Counted from the first letter of the stretch, positions 13,115 through 26,481 are shown. The stretch: 64,000 nucleotides of DNA from Tilletiaria anomala UBC 951 (GCF_000711695.1 NW_013547015.1:62001-126000); one strand, 5' to 3'. Notes: generated by a model from the letters alone, not told the origin. Numbers and translations are program-made.

Positions 13115-14730
13115 ATGGACTCGGCCACCAGTTCGGACGCGGAGCCATTCTGTCTCATCTGCTTGGGACTGATAGTCGACAGGACGATCCTCCCTTCCTG
13201 CTCCCATGGCCAATTTTGCTTCAACTGCATACACAAATGGGCTGCTTTGCGGCGAACAGTGAGTGGTGGCTAGTGCAGCGCTTCTTTCTCTTGACGAGGA
13301 CCTTGTGTAGAGACTGATCAGTATGCTCCGTACAGTGTCCGCTTTGCAATGCCCCGATGGGTCCGTTCCTCATCCATGACATACACGGCAAGCACGACTA
13401 CTCAAGATTCTACCTGCGACCAGCACCTGAGACGACCGTCGACGAGTACTTTCGACACCTGTTGGCAAGCACGCCATCTTCGTCACGCCAGCCAGCTTTG
13501 TCCGAGTCGACACAGCGCAGCCGCAAAGGCCACCGTGGGAATTACCAGTGCAGAGACGGTCGCGCATTCTGCTCCCCACCTATATCCGAAGCAACACTCG
13601 CCGAAGCAGGGTTTCAACGGGTGGACGAGGAAGTAGCGTTCAGGCGGCGCATCTACCGTTGTGAAGCGTATGCAAAGCATGTGGGCTGCAATCGCTATTC
13701 GCGCTATTCAGCTCCTCTCAAACCTGACCAAATAGCCAAGGATACCGATGCGCAACATCGAGCGACAGTGTTTATTCGGCGGGAACTTCGTGTGTGGCCG
13801 AACCTTGATATCGAATTTCTTACATCCTATTGCGTGCAGATTCTCAAAAGCATCGACTTGCAATCCGATACTGCGCTTCGCCTACTTGGCGATTTTTTGG
13901 GCGACGAAGTGGCACATCATTTCGTACATGAAGTCATACATTTCCTCAGGAGTCCCTTCAGAACGCCACAGGAGTGGGATCGGACTGTGCAACATGCTCC
14001 GCCCTTGATCGAACCTCATCGCGATGGCAACAGACGACGGCACGACGAAGAAGCAGACCGCAGGTGCGACAATACCATGCACGGACGCACAGGCAAGCGA
14101 AACAGTGACGGTAATATAGAACGGGACTACCCAACGCGGCCATTCTCGGATCAGGAGCCATCGCGAGACTTTGGTTCCAATCACGACGCGGCGCAGCCAC
14201 CGTCGACAAGGAATTCGTGTGAGACCGACGTTCTGTCAGCAATGGCAGAGCAGCCGACTTCGTTCCTTTCGAAAGCATCACCTTCATTGTCACGTTTGCC
14301 TTCTACTGAGCGCAATCGGATCCTTGCCCAGCGCCAAGAAGTGAGTCAGCGACGCGCGAAGCATCTAGCCCGGCTCGAGCGAGAAAAGCAGCAAGTGGTT
14401 GCCACCCCCCCACTTCAAGCGCCGAACACAGCGGTACCAGTCACGCATACAGTCAGCATAGAGTCTGCTGCTCCATATGAGTTCACCTTCCCGCAGCGGA
14501 TCCCATCATTAGAAGCAGAAAGGGCAAAACGAGAAGAAGAGCTCCGTGGGAAGCTGAAGAAGAAGAAAGAGGAGAGGCACGAAGTGGACATGTGCAGGAG
14601 AGCTAGGGAAGCGAGGCTGAAGTGCCTACTATTGACCCAGCGACGGAAGGAGGGAGAGCTACTCAACGCAACTGGCGAACGACATTTGCGAGATGTCATG
14701 AGCACAATGAAAGGCGAACTTGTAGACTAG
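13115..14730 (+). CDS. C3HC4 RING-finger protein, probable E3 ubiquitin ligase (Topors-like)
   Basis: Exon 1 (13115-13258) encodes CLIC...CSHGQFCFNC. Intron 13259-13335 joins it to CPLC and the 13357 ORF, which has the conserved-looking FIRREL...HFVHEVIHFLRSPF block. Confidence 0.8.
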
Positions 14731-16645
14731 GATTTCCTTATTGTAACGCATGTACTGAGCATGGCAGGCGTTGCAAAGACCTACGTGGTCATTCGCTCGG
14801 ACGGAGAATCTTGCAAATGATGCCCGGTATGCCGTTTAGTACATGTCCAGGTACATAACAGAGAAAAGCGCTTGCTGCGTCTCGCGCTTTGAGCTCACTG
14901 CTATGTATACGGAATCTGTGCCCAGCGGAGGCTATCTGTGAGCACCTGATTGCAGACCAGTCGCTATTGATCACACTGTTGCTGAATGTGGCTTGTCCCC
15001 TCATCAGCGCATCGGCAGATGGGTTTGAAAGGTGCAATGACGACGGGTTGAAACACTGAATACGGGGCGAACATGAATCGTGTAGACGATGGACATAGAG
15101 AGAGTGATGTGGATGACATTGTCAACTTGCTTGGAAGCTGTGGGATCTGCTGTGATACATTGGAGGATTTCGCCGGAGAGAACTGAAATTGACTTGCACT
15201 ACATTTACCTGAAAACCATGGCCTCCGCCACGGGATGGGCCACTAGAGCCTCCACTGCTGGGCAGTTCGCAGTGCGCACATATGTACGTACAAGTACATG
15301 ATGCTCGTGACGGGTGGCCACTTCGGTCCCGCGGACCTGCGGCAACCTGCGATGTCCGTAATTTGAAAAAACGACTGCGGAGGCCCGGAACGCTGGACTC
15401 GAACAAGCTTTAGCCTGGAGTCATGGACTGTCGAGCCCCGCTGACTGCTGGATTGCCTTTGGCTGGTCGGGAGGGGTGTCGATTCGTGTAAAAATCTGCA
15501 GTCCACCAGAGCCTACTCATCGCGGGGAAACAACTGCAAGCACAGCGACGTGGGGCTGTAAAATACTCTTCAAATTTTTCTGCTTAGTCCAAGCACTTGG
15601 GTCTCATGCAGGCTAATACCATATATTCTAACCGGGAATGGGGGTGGAATGGCATGCGGCCTGCTTCAAGGTGCCCATGCGCACTTCAGACTTGTAATGC
15701 CCACTCCCTTGCTGTTGCAAGCCCACTTACATAACCAATGCCCAAGTCATGGGCCAAGGACGATGGTCTCAATTGAACAATCTGGAGTTTGGCGGCTGGC
15801 CATGTGGTGGTCACTGTTATGACTTGATGAACTCTGCCTGGTCCATGCAGACTGTGAGATCGTGAGGCGTGAGGCGTGATATGTGAGACATTCTGGGAGA
15901 GTGTAGGAATAGCATCCAAAATTGGGTTGGTGCCTCGTTCCTATCTTGGAAGTCAAGAAATGGGCACAGACCTCGAAAAGATCTCATGGAATCCGATCGC
16001 TGAGCATGTAAGCAGCTCCGTGCATGCACGCGCCTACAAAATACAAAGTGAAAATACTTAAAAGATCCCGGACGCAGGACAAGTCAGCGACTTGTCCAGT
16101 GCTGCTTGCCCCCCACCACCTGAATACTTCCCCGAAACTCGTGAATGTTTTTTTGCCCAAATTTTGGTCGATTGCGCTGAAGCCCCAAAGGTGTCGGGCT
16201 TCCGAGCGCTCTCCACTCTCCACCAACAACACTCGCAGGAGAGATCCATCCGCATTTCCCCATCCTCAGATGCTCAACGACGTCGGCACCTCACCTAATC
16301 CACTTCCTGACCCCTATCGAATTTGGTAGAAAGCATATGTTTGGTCAACTCTTTCCTCCTCATTCTCTCACCGCCCTCTCTACAGCTTTCTCTCATACCC
16401 ATCCTCCCTCGTTTCGCTCTCTCCGCTCACGTCTCAAAGTCATCGACTTGGCAGCCCAGTCGTAATCGTCCAAGCAGCACCGAGTCTAATTCCTACCCCC
16501 ATTACCGCTACTCGGCGACGGCCTGCAGCTCGCAAGCGGTTCAAATCCCCTTACTTCCAATTGATCAACGAACAGACATCTGGTTCGGATTATTCATTTA
16601 AAGGCGCCCTACTTGTTTCTCCTTCCATCGAATCCATCCGCTACT

Positions 16646-18585
16646 ATGTCATATGCTGACCGCTCTCAAACACCTGAGCCAGGGCTGTACCCCCACAGCC
16701 CGGGCAGCGCCACGCCCCAATACCGATACAGCACGGCGGCTGACAGCTATAGTCCAAGTGACGCTGAGAACGAGAAACTCTTCGGTGGAGCAGCTGCAGC
16801 AGGAGGCGCCAAAAGACCAGTCAGCACCCTCATGCAGCAACTCAACCTCGACGACTCGGCGCAGCCGGGGTACATCCCTGTCGCGACAGGCACTCCAACC
16901 GCACCCAACTTTTCTATCTCCGAGGACAAGTCATCAAGCGAAATGTACGAGCAGGGACGCGGTAGGTTTAGCGAGTCATATCCCTACGTGAGTTTCATTG
17001 TTTACGATGGGGAAGATCGTTGTCCATAGTTCGGGACAAACATTGGCTGACTCATCGATTTCGCTGCTTGCAGGCCCAACAACAATACCGGGACGCACCA
17101 ACGCAGGACAGTGGATATGGCGTGCTGGAACAATCTTCATCTTCACCAAAAGCCGGCGCTGGGCGGAGCGGCTTCGCAGGCTTCATTAGGCGTAAGCCAG
17201 TTTTTCTTTCGCTTATCGCCCTGCTCATTCTCGCTGCCGCCGGTGTAGGTCTTGGTGTTGGCTTGACGAAAGGCCTGGCCAATAAGAAGGCAACAACTGG
17301 CGTGACCGGCCTTGCAGACTCGGATGGCAAGACCAGCCCAGGGGGCAGCAGCGGCAGCGGCCACAACGGCGGGAGCAGCGGCAGCACTGCACCCAAGTTG
17401 GACAGCTCAGGCAATGACCCTTCCAATATCAAGCCCTTTGCCCCCTGGAACTACTCAGATCCACAGGCCAAAGTAATTGGCGTTTCACTTGGAGGCTGGC
17501 TTGTGCTCGAGCGATGGATGTATGAGGACTGGTTCACGGCGAATGCTGGCAACGACGCACTGGACGAGTGGTCGTTTGTGGCAAATACTGGCAAGAATGC
17601 GGCTAATCTGCTCGAACAGCACTGGAGCACCTGGGTCAACGAGTCAGATTTCGACACGCTTCTTAGCGTCGGCGTCAACCACATTCGCATCCCGCTCGGC
17701 TTCTGGACTATGATCCCGACCACGGGTGGGGAGCCGTACATCAACACGACCCAGCTTGATCATCTCGAGCAGGTGCTGGGCTGGATGTACAAGCGCAACA
17801 TGCGTGCGCTAATCGACATGCACGCCATGCCGGGCTCGCAGAATGGAGATCAAAGCAGCGGTCACGTCTCCACCCCGGGATGGTTCTCGCAGGACAACCA
17901 GGCCCGCTCGGACACCGTCATCGATAATTTGATTAGCTGGGTGAATGCTAGCCCATACAAGAGCGTCGTTTCTTCCATCGCCCCCGTTAACGAGCCCTGC
18001 GGACCCGGACAAGCGACTTCGGACAGGCTCAGTACGTACCAATCATTCTTGGGGCGGACGTACCCTAAGATCAAGAAAGCTGGCTTCGCGACGTGGTTCC
18101 ACCACGGCTTTGTGCAGAACCCCTCTTCCTACTGGAATGAATATGCTTCGACGCTTGACCCGGCATGGGCCGTCATCAACGACAATCCTTACCCTGGATA
18201 CTTCCCCGCCGTCAACGACCAGAGCACTATCAACAACAGGGTCTGCAACAACATACAAGGCTGGGCATCCTTCCCTATTCCCGCAGTCATGACCGAATGG
18301 TCGCTAGCTAGCGGGATCCACGACGCCGACTGGAATCGGCAATACTTTGCCACGCAGGCCAGTGGCTACGCTTGGTCGGCCGGCTCGATCTTCTGGAACC
18401 TGCGCATGCAGAACAGCAGCAACCCAGTGCAGGCTGCACCCTCGGCTGTGCAGTACCAGTACTCGATGATTGACCTGATCAACAACGGCATCATTCCCAA
18501 GATCAACCAAGGCCAAAGTGCGCTAGACTACCTCCGCGCGCTGCCTAACCCGGCGTGCGGCTCGATCAAGCTGAGCAAATGGTGA
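16646..18585 (+). CDS. membrane-anchored glycoside hydrolase family 5 (exo-1,3-beta-glucanase-like)
   Basis: GVSLGGWLVLERW, NHIRIPLGFW, DMHAMPGSQNG, catalytic NEP and TEWS motifs, and a single N-proximal TM helix. Intron 16988-17073. Confidence 0.88.
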
Positions 18586-20219
18586 GCTTTCTGAAAGCGA
18601 AGAGAAAAAGGGAAACGTCTGGCACGCCTCCTTGGCGATTAGACCCGGCCCATCACGTCAGCTTTGTCGAGCTTTCCCCGAGTTCCTTCTATTGGTACAC
18701 AAGCATACATGCAATAAAACGGAAAGCCAGCACGCGCATCGAACGGTCATGAGCAAGCATCGCATCACTCACTCAGCACATTCTGCGGACCCCACTTCTG
18801 GACAGATCCACATATCTCGCCGTCCCACGTCATCTCGGTGAGCAGGAGTTTGAGGATTGCTCCTGACCAGCCGCAAAACACATCCATCACATTCGCAGCC
18901 GCCTTGCTACATACACCCTTTACGCCGTGGGATTCGGCGCCCTGGCGCCCCTGACTCGACCTGAATACCTTCCCAAAATTACCGACACCTTGTAACTAAG
19001 CGGATTAGCATCAGGCCGCACTCGCAAACTCGCCATCAGTCGCATTTCCTACGATTTCGCCTGGTGGCCCGATAGTTGATTGTCTACCAGACCGCACCGG
19101 TTCTCTCTCTCTCATTCTTTCCCCTCACGCACGCTCCTGGGATTGTAGCTGTACTTTTATCTCAAGATGCAATCTCCTAGCAGAATATCGTTTGGCGACC
19201 AAAGTCCATCGTGACTATATGGTGACTCGTGACTCGTGGTGAGTTGCGGACTCGTGAGCGCGTAAACATCGTTGTCATCTCGTCGCTCCAGGAACTAGGT
19301 CATATCGGCCAGCGCACAGCTGCACAAGGCTGCCTATGTCGGGAAGCCAGCTGAGGGCGTGAGATAGTTTGGAGACAGAGCAAAGAGGCAGAGGTGAGAC
19401 GGGGCTGCTGACTGGCTGACTCTCTCTTCAATTGACAAACGGGAGAAAGGGAGAGTCACCTTTTGCATTCTGGAGCCTGGTGTGCACTCTTTGCTGCTGT
19501 CTGGAGTCCTCTGGCGTCTTGAGAGATGTCCAAAAGGTCGGGAGACTGTTGTGGGAAGTGAGAATGCACTGTGGCGCGTGGCTTTTCTGCAAGTGGATTG
19601 TGGCGAATCTGCTCATACACACATACGCACTCACAGACTCTTGGCCGTTCGCAGAGACTGGCGCTGGTCACGTTATTCGACTGGAAGTCACAAGAATGAG
19701 TTGGAGTATCCTCGGCGTCTTGACACCATTCCCATCCATTCAACACCGTCTGATGCTGGCGCTGGAAGGCCAACAGCAGCAGCAGGCACGGCATCGCAAC
19801 ATGGCTAAATCTTTAACAGCGTGCCTACTGCGCAGAACTACAGTTCCTAATCATGTCGATTCTCTCCGAGGCTCGCCCATCGCCCCATCCTATTACATGA
19901 ACAATTCAGCCGTGTCCGTCGCCCGTTGGACACTCTGGTCCTCTCTGCTCCTATTGGCATTTCTCTTCGATGGTCGCAGGTCAATGCATACCCGTCCCGA
20001 AGCTCGGGCACACTTCGCCTTCATAGCGTGACTCTGCGTTGGCTACTGGCTGCGAGAGCGTGACCATGGGCCGCTGATTGGATTCGGAGCGCGACTCAAC
20101 ACCATTAAGGTTGAAGCACTAAAGGCTCTTGTCAACTGACCAGCTCTTTCCTATAGCCTGAGCCATTTCCTCTCTGATAACCAAACGTATCGCCGCCGTG
20201 CCGTCTGGCTTACTGCCCA

Positions 20220-21489
20220 ACAAAGCTCACCCTTTCATCCCCCCCTCCTGGCCATAAATGTGCTACCTGCATATCACGCGTTAGCTGCACCTCGAGGCTC
20301 CCGCGTCTCCGCGACCGGCTTGACGTACCAAATAGGATCAAGCTGTATGCAAAGTTCGCAGTGCCGCTCGAGCTGCTTTTGCAACAACGGATTTGCGCGC
20401 CCAAGCGAGCCAAAGGCAAGAACTGCCGCAAAGGATTAGCTTGCACGTAAGGTACATGCTACAAGCGCGCATGTCTGGGCAGCAAAGATCAGTGCAATGC
20501 AGTTCCTTGCTCACAGAGTGCGCGGTGATCGTCTGGATACTATGGCCGGAGCGCGTGCAAGCCAAAGGGGGGCCTTCATGCGTCGTGCTACAAGGACGCA
20601 GGGGGTAAGAGCGGGACCTGCCAGAATTGCAAGTGCGCCACAGGATTGGCGATGTCGACGCCGACGCCAACTTCGAGCTCTGGAAGCCCCTTTGGGGCCC
20701 TATCCACCAGCGTAGCGGCTTCCATCGCTGGCGCCAGCCTGCCCGATGGTGCAACGCCAGACGGCGACTTCTCCACCGGCAGTTTCAGCGATTTGACACC
20801 AGTCGGCAGTGTGCAGTTCGTCACAGAAGTCGCTGCCATTTCTTACGCTCAATACAACATCAGCGCCATCCAGGGAGTCGGGATCAGCAAGGCAATCGAC
20901 AGTCCTTCTCCACGTCGGCATCAAGCGCCGGACCCTTCCATGACGCAAGCGACGACAGCCACGTACCAGTACCAGGTCCAGTCTTTTTCCATCGAATCTG
21001 GCACACGCGGGAAGACATGCTACATCGGCTGGCAGCTCGACGACAACCTCAGTGGCAACGTGCCCATCACCGCCGTCGATGTCAGCTCCAGCTGGAATAC
21101 GGGTAGCATCCGTGCAACATGCCGCTTCTCCCTGACCTGAGCAGCAACTGCCGGTTTTCGAACTGCGCCTACAGAGTCTCTGCCATCATCAACATCGCCA
21201 AGGTCGGGCCAGCGCAGGCCACCCGGGCGACCCTGACCCCGCCTTCGCTCGGGGTGGAGGAGATCCGGGCTTTGAAACGGGCTCGCTGACCAATTGGGGC
21301 GTCACGGGCGCAAGGAACGTGCACAGCAGCACGCACGCCGCCAAGATGACCGTCAACGCGGGATACGCCAACGCTGCGATCCTCGGCCAGTCCTTCAATG
21401 CAGCTGGCGCGGCGACGCGATCTGCAGACCATTCAGCCACGCCAAGCATCGACACTGAGCAGGGACATATCTCTCTAGTGGAAGATTAA
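20220..21489 (+). pseudogene. disrupted gene for a secreted Cys-rich-repeat protein with two CBM4/9-like modules
   Basis: Repeated C-x5-C-x3-C-x4-C-like units with in-frame TAA (20448) and TGA (20526), frameshifts near 20390 and 21140-21260, a STPTPTSS linker, and DGDFSTGS and DPGFETGSLTNW motifs. No intact ATG before the signal-peptide-like segment. Confidence 0.6.
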
Positions 21490-22035
21490 AAGATTCATCT
21501 ACTCGACACCTGGCGCCGAACATCGCTATTGCTATTGGCGCAGCGTTCCGGATAACACGCGGACGGCGTCAATGCGTTCGCGACAAGCAATCTGGCGGAT
21601 GGGTGGAAGCAAGTACAAAACGCTCAACTTTCAGGTTCCCGCCTCGGAGGTTGCGAACCCACATCCTCAATTCGTTCGACGTGGAATTATGGTGCAACAG
21701 CGGTATCATTGCCGAGGTCATTCTGGATGACTTCAACGCTGTAACTTGTACAGCCCGTCATCGGAAAGGTGAAAAGAGACGTTACGCTTCGCTTCTGCAG
21801 CATATTTCCCATATAGTGAATGCGATGTATGCCAACATAGGTCCATTCGCTGCCTGTGGTAGAACCGCCAAAATAACGTTCACTTGATTTCTGCGTCGAC
21901 AACCGATGTGATGCAAGCGTCTGTCGAAATGATCTGGATGTATGCAATGCGGATTATGAAAAGTACACGCAACATCTGGCTATGGCTGCATGCTTCATCA
22001 GCAAAGAGACAAGCAGCGAAAGCTCCACCGAGCGT

Positions 22036-23651
22036 TCACTTGTAGTAGTGAACCTCCTCGCGCTCGCGTCCCCTCATGTACGCAGGCTCGCTGCCAGGGT
22101 AGCTGTGAGGATAAAAAGATGATAGCAAGGTCAGTGTGAGATGATCGGGAGATCACGCAAATTCGGCAGGGCCACTCACTAGATGTCGTCCCACAGCGTC
22201 TTCTCCGCAGGCCAGTCGCTCTTTTTGGCCTCCTCGACAGCCTGGTCCACCTCTTCCTTGGCGGCCTTGTCAATCTTCTTGAGCGACGACTCGTCGATGA
22301 CGCCCCACTCGAGGATCTTGGACTTGAGCCCCTGAATGGGATCCGAGGAGGAGCGCATAGCCTGGATCTCGTCACGTGTCCGGTAGGTAGTGCCCGGGTC
22401 CGAGAGCGAGTGGCCGCCATAGCGGTAGGTGACGAGTTCCATGACAAGCGGGCCCTTGTCGGAGAGCGTAAACTCGCTCGCGAACTTGGTTGCCGCCGCA
22501 ACGGCGAGAACATCCATCGCGTTAACTTGCAGGCCAGGGATGACGTCGCCACGGGTGTAGTAGGAAGTGTTCATACTGCTGCGCTCGGCTGGCGTGCCCA
22601 TACCGTATCTGCAGAACAATGGCAAGTAAGACTTTATACCCTTTTCAGCAGGGCCTTGTACACACTGCCAGCTCACTTGTTGTTCTCGCAAATGAAGACG
22701 CAGGGAAGGTTCCAAAGCTTGGCCATGTTGTACGCCTCGAAAACTTGACCCTGGTTGGAAGCACCGTCTCCATACATGGCGAAGACCGCGTTCTTGTCGC
22801 CGTTGTACTTTTGCGCAAAAGCAAGACCAGCTCCAACTGGGACTTGCGCACCGACGATACCATTGCCGCCAAAGAAAGTGGGCGTGAACATGTGCATCGA
22901 TCCACCTTTACCCTTGCTAATGCCCGCTTCGCGACCGAAAAGCTCGGCAATGACAGACTTGATCGAACCGCCACGCATGACGGTGAAAGGGTGGCAGCGG
23001 TATGCTGTGATCAGCTTGTCTTCCGCCTTCATGGAGGCCTCCATGCCGATGGCAACGGCTTCCTGACCGATGGCCAAGTGACAAAACCCGCGAATGAGCT
23101 TTTGCTTGTATAGGCTGTCTGCAGCCATTTCCATCCTGCGCATCTTGACCATGCTCTCGTACATCCACACGAGCTTCTCCTTGGAAGTCTCGTACTCGAG
23201 TGCGGGGCCACCTCCGTACCCATCCAACCGGTACTCTTTGAAAGAGTCTGGGGAGAGCTGGACCTTGAATGCGTCTGACTGGGACTCTGGAATGCTGGAC
23301 GGGTCGGCCGAGGAAGCATCCGCAGTGATGTGGACAGAGCGAGAAGACGCAATCGACGAGCGGAGAGACTGTGTGAGAAGCAATGGATGGGACGCATTAG
23401 CATGCGGCTAGAGGCGGTCTGTTATTGTAATGTGGCCAGTGTGATGAGCTTCCGACTGGTCCCCCCCCTCATCCCCACGCTGGTAAACACCCAAAGGACT
23501 GGAAGCTATTTCTTCGCGCTACGCAGATGAATGACCGATGTCCATCGAGTGAAGTGTATCATAGAAAGACGCAACTCACCATCGATGCTCTGCTCATTGC
23601 TGTCGCCCGTGCTGGGCGAAGCAGCGAGCGCAGCGAAGAAGCTGAAGCCAT
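22036..23651 (-). CDS. PDA1: pyruvate dehydrogenase E1 alpha subunit, mitochondrial
   Basis: IRGFCHLAIGQEA, GKGGSMHM, YGDGASNQGQVFEAYN, TYRYGGHSLSDPGTTYR and an Arg/Ser-rich presequence. Introns at 23579-23369, ~22676-22609 and 22179-~22104; last exon YYPGSEPAYMRGREREEVHYYK*. Confidence 0.96.
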
Positions 23652-25004
23652 GGCGGAAGTCAGCAAGCTGCAGAAGAAGAGTGGCGAAGGGTGGATGAGG
23701 AAGCTGCAGAAACGAGAGAGCCAACCAGTGTGACTTCCAGCAGCACGGGCTCCTGCCAGGCTATCGATAACAAGGAACGTATCGCGGAGGGAGTGCAACT
23801 TCAGGCAAAGGGAGAAGCGCAAGCCAGATCCAAGATTGGCGGTCGAAAGGATGTCCTGTGCGAAGATGGTGGGGATGAGATCTCGCCCCAGCATGCTGCA
23901 CATACAGCTGGCGCCCTTTTCTCGCGTGCAGTGCCGAAATTTCAGTTGGGAACCCACAGGCTGATTTTGGGATCCACAACGCGCACTTTCCGAGTCCCGA
24001 AGATGCGAGCGTTCCGCCCCCTTTTCGTTTCGTCGTCTTGACTTTTCTCCAGTTTTCTATTTTGTCCTCTTCTCCAAATGCTTCGTGTATAACTCAAAAC
24101 CCTATCCCCCGACGGCGGGCCTGTGGTCGGATTAGCATGACAAGGTCATGTAGGAAGCCACTCCGCTACCGCACACAGGGCACGCATGGCAAGTGCATCG
24201 TCGGATCCAGTGCCTCTGTCACGGTGGGCTTATCCAAGGATTCCCTTGGAAGCCTCACCGCTGGATACGATGAAGTCATTGCCACGTGCGCTGGTGCGGT
24301 GGTCGTCTTTCTCAATACGGACAGGACGGCAAGAGCAGGCTTCATGGTGGAGAGAGCACTTTCATTTGCGTAGGAGAACACGAAAAGGATGATTACCCAT
24401 TATAGAGTCAAGCACGGATCCATCCTCTTCATTGAGGATGATGCCGAGAGCTTCGAAAGAAGCAAAACTCCTCTGAACCAAATCTCCCTAACTTGGTCAT
24501 CTTCAAGTCGATGACTCATATGTGCTGCGCTCTCTCCTGGCCTAGACTCCAGCTCCCATGTTAACCCTTGTAATCTTATAAGTTGAACATGTCTCCCTTC
24601 CAAAAAAATATATAAGCCCGTGCGCCCCAGATGTACCGTAGTAACCCAAAAAGCCACCCCAAGTTACAAAGCTACAATGTATGGTTACAGTCAATTTACT
24701 TCGCCCCCGTCAGTCTCACCTCGGCTGCTTGTCATGGACTGGAGGATAAGCGGGAGCCGCAGGCCTTGATGGCGGAAAGAAGATTGGAAGGAATCCTTGA
24801 GCGACAAATCCTCCTGATGATCCAACGCGGATCCGTTACTAATGCAATGATGCTTCTGAGCTGCTAAGCTTTGTTCTGCGCGGCGTTTGAATGTTCCATG
24901 CACAACACCGTGCTCCGGCTCTGCAGCATTGAAAGCAAAGAGCATCTCTCATCGGCAGGGGAAGCGCTGGATAGCACAGAGTGCTCTAGCGACAGACGTC
25001 CATC

Positions 25005-26481
25005 ATGTCACAGCTCCTCCACCTCGGCATCTTCACGGGCGGTCTCGTGCTAGGTGTTGCTGCAGGGAGCGCAGTTGTTTCCAGGTCCGGCATATCTCAA
25101 TCTAACAAATCGCAAGCCCACGCCCAAGCTACACCTGGGCAACCCGTGGTGGCTTCCGGGGGGTCTGCTTCTTCCCCGTCGCCGAGCGTTGTAGTCGACA
25201 GCGGAAGTAGCACGGGCGTGCTCCCGTACTTTAGCCGTGATATCCTCAAGCACAGCCAAGTTGTTCCCGGGCCGATCGCTGATCTGCTCGAGCACCAAGC
25301 GTACATTAGCGCATATGATCGCAGACTGCGACACCCATCGTGGACGGCCGAGCACTTGACGGCTGCTTCCCTCCTGGCCGCACCTGGACCACCTACCCCT
25401 GCGCAGATAGGCTCCGCCTCGTCCCAACAAACCTCACAGCCAGCTGCCCCCGGCAACCGCAAGTTTTCGGTATTCAAGGAGGATGAGCGCATCCCAGAGC
25501 TCTTCAGAGCCAAGCTCGCGGATTATTTCAGGAGCGGGTACGACCGAGGTCACATGGTACCCGCTTCCGATGCCAAGAGAAACCAGGTCGCAATGGACGA
25601 GTGAGTGTTTTTCAGCAGACATCATGAACATCTGGAATACATCAGCTCACATGCAGCAATCATATAGGACCTTCCTCTTGACAAATATCGCGCCGCAGGT
25701 TGGTAAAGGTTTCAATCGAGACTATTGGGCGGGAGCGGTGCGTCTCTCAGTGTGCAGTGCAAGCCTTATGCATGGCTCATCGTGCTAACACATACCACCT
25801 TGCTCAACTTGAATCACACAGGAAGAATTTGTCCGCAGTTTAACGAAGAAGTTCTCCGATATCTACGTCTTCACTATACCTTTGTACCTCCCGCAGCCAG
25901 ATCCGACGAGGCCGGGGAAATGGCGGGTCACGTACGAGTAAGTTGGACTGCAGAGCCGACCACGTTTCTCCACATTGCATGCATCTGAGATCGGAGCGCA
26001 TCTTCCCTTTTTACCTAGGGTCATCGGAAATCCGCCAAACGTTGCAGTGCCGACGCATTTCGCAAAGGTCGTCCTCGCTGTCAGTGGCCCGCAGAGTCTT
26101 CCATCGCCAAGCACCACGGCACCAGCGCCTGTGCCGGTCAGCGGCAGGAATAACGCGGCAGGAACCTCCTTCCTCGGCCTGCAACGCACAAACAGCTTCT
26201 CGCTCGCAGCATTCGTCATTCCGAACGCTGCGGTACCCAACCATGTGCCTTTGACTAGCTTCATCGTCCCTGTCGACTCCGTCGAGCGTTCCGCCGGCCT
26301 TAACCTGTTCCCGCCGGCGATTAAGTCCAGCGCGAAAGCGTTGTGTGATGTCGTCAAGTGTGATATTATCGTCCGTGACTTCTCGGATAGAAACGAGCAG
26401 ATCGCCAGTGGCTCCTTTCCGAACCAAAAATACCCCCCGGGTAGCAGTAGCGCACCGCAACCCCTTCCAGCACGAACGTGA
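25005..26481 (+). CDS. NUC1: mitochondrial endonuclease G (DNA/RNA non-specific nuclease)
   Basis: YDRRLRHPSWTAEHLT, active-site SGYDRGHMVPA, FLLTNIAPQ, VAVPTHFAKV. Introns 25601-25667, 25738-25821, 25938-26018. Confidence 0.93.

Noticed and set aside
16538..16548. GGTTCAAATCC, resembling a tRNA T-loop/B-box
   Set aside because: No acceptor, D or anticodon stems; it lies in the pyrimidine-rich leader of the GH5 gene.
19432..20031. 199-aa ORF and an imperfect ~22-bp direct repeat (19501/19701)
   Set aside because: Non-ATG start, no motif, and only two degenerate copies; not a CRISPR array or LTR.
21511..21522. TGGCGCCGAACA, resembling an LTR primer-binding site, with a 9-bp inverted copy near 18932
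   Set aside because: No LTRs, gag/pol, transposase or target-site duplication.
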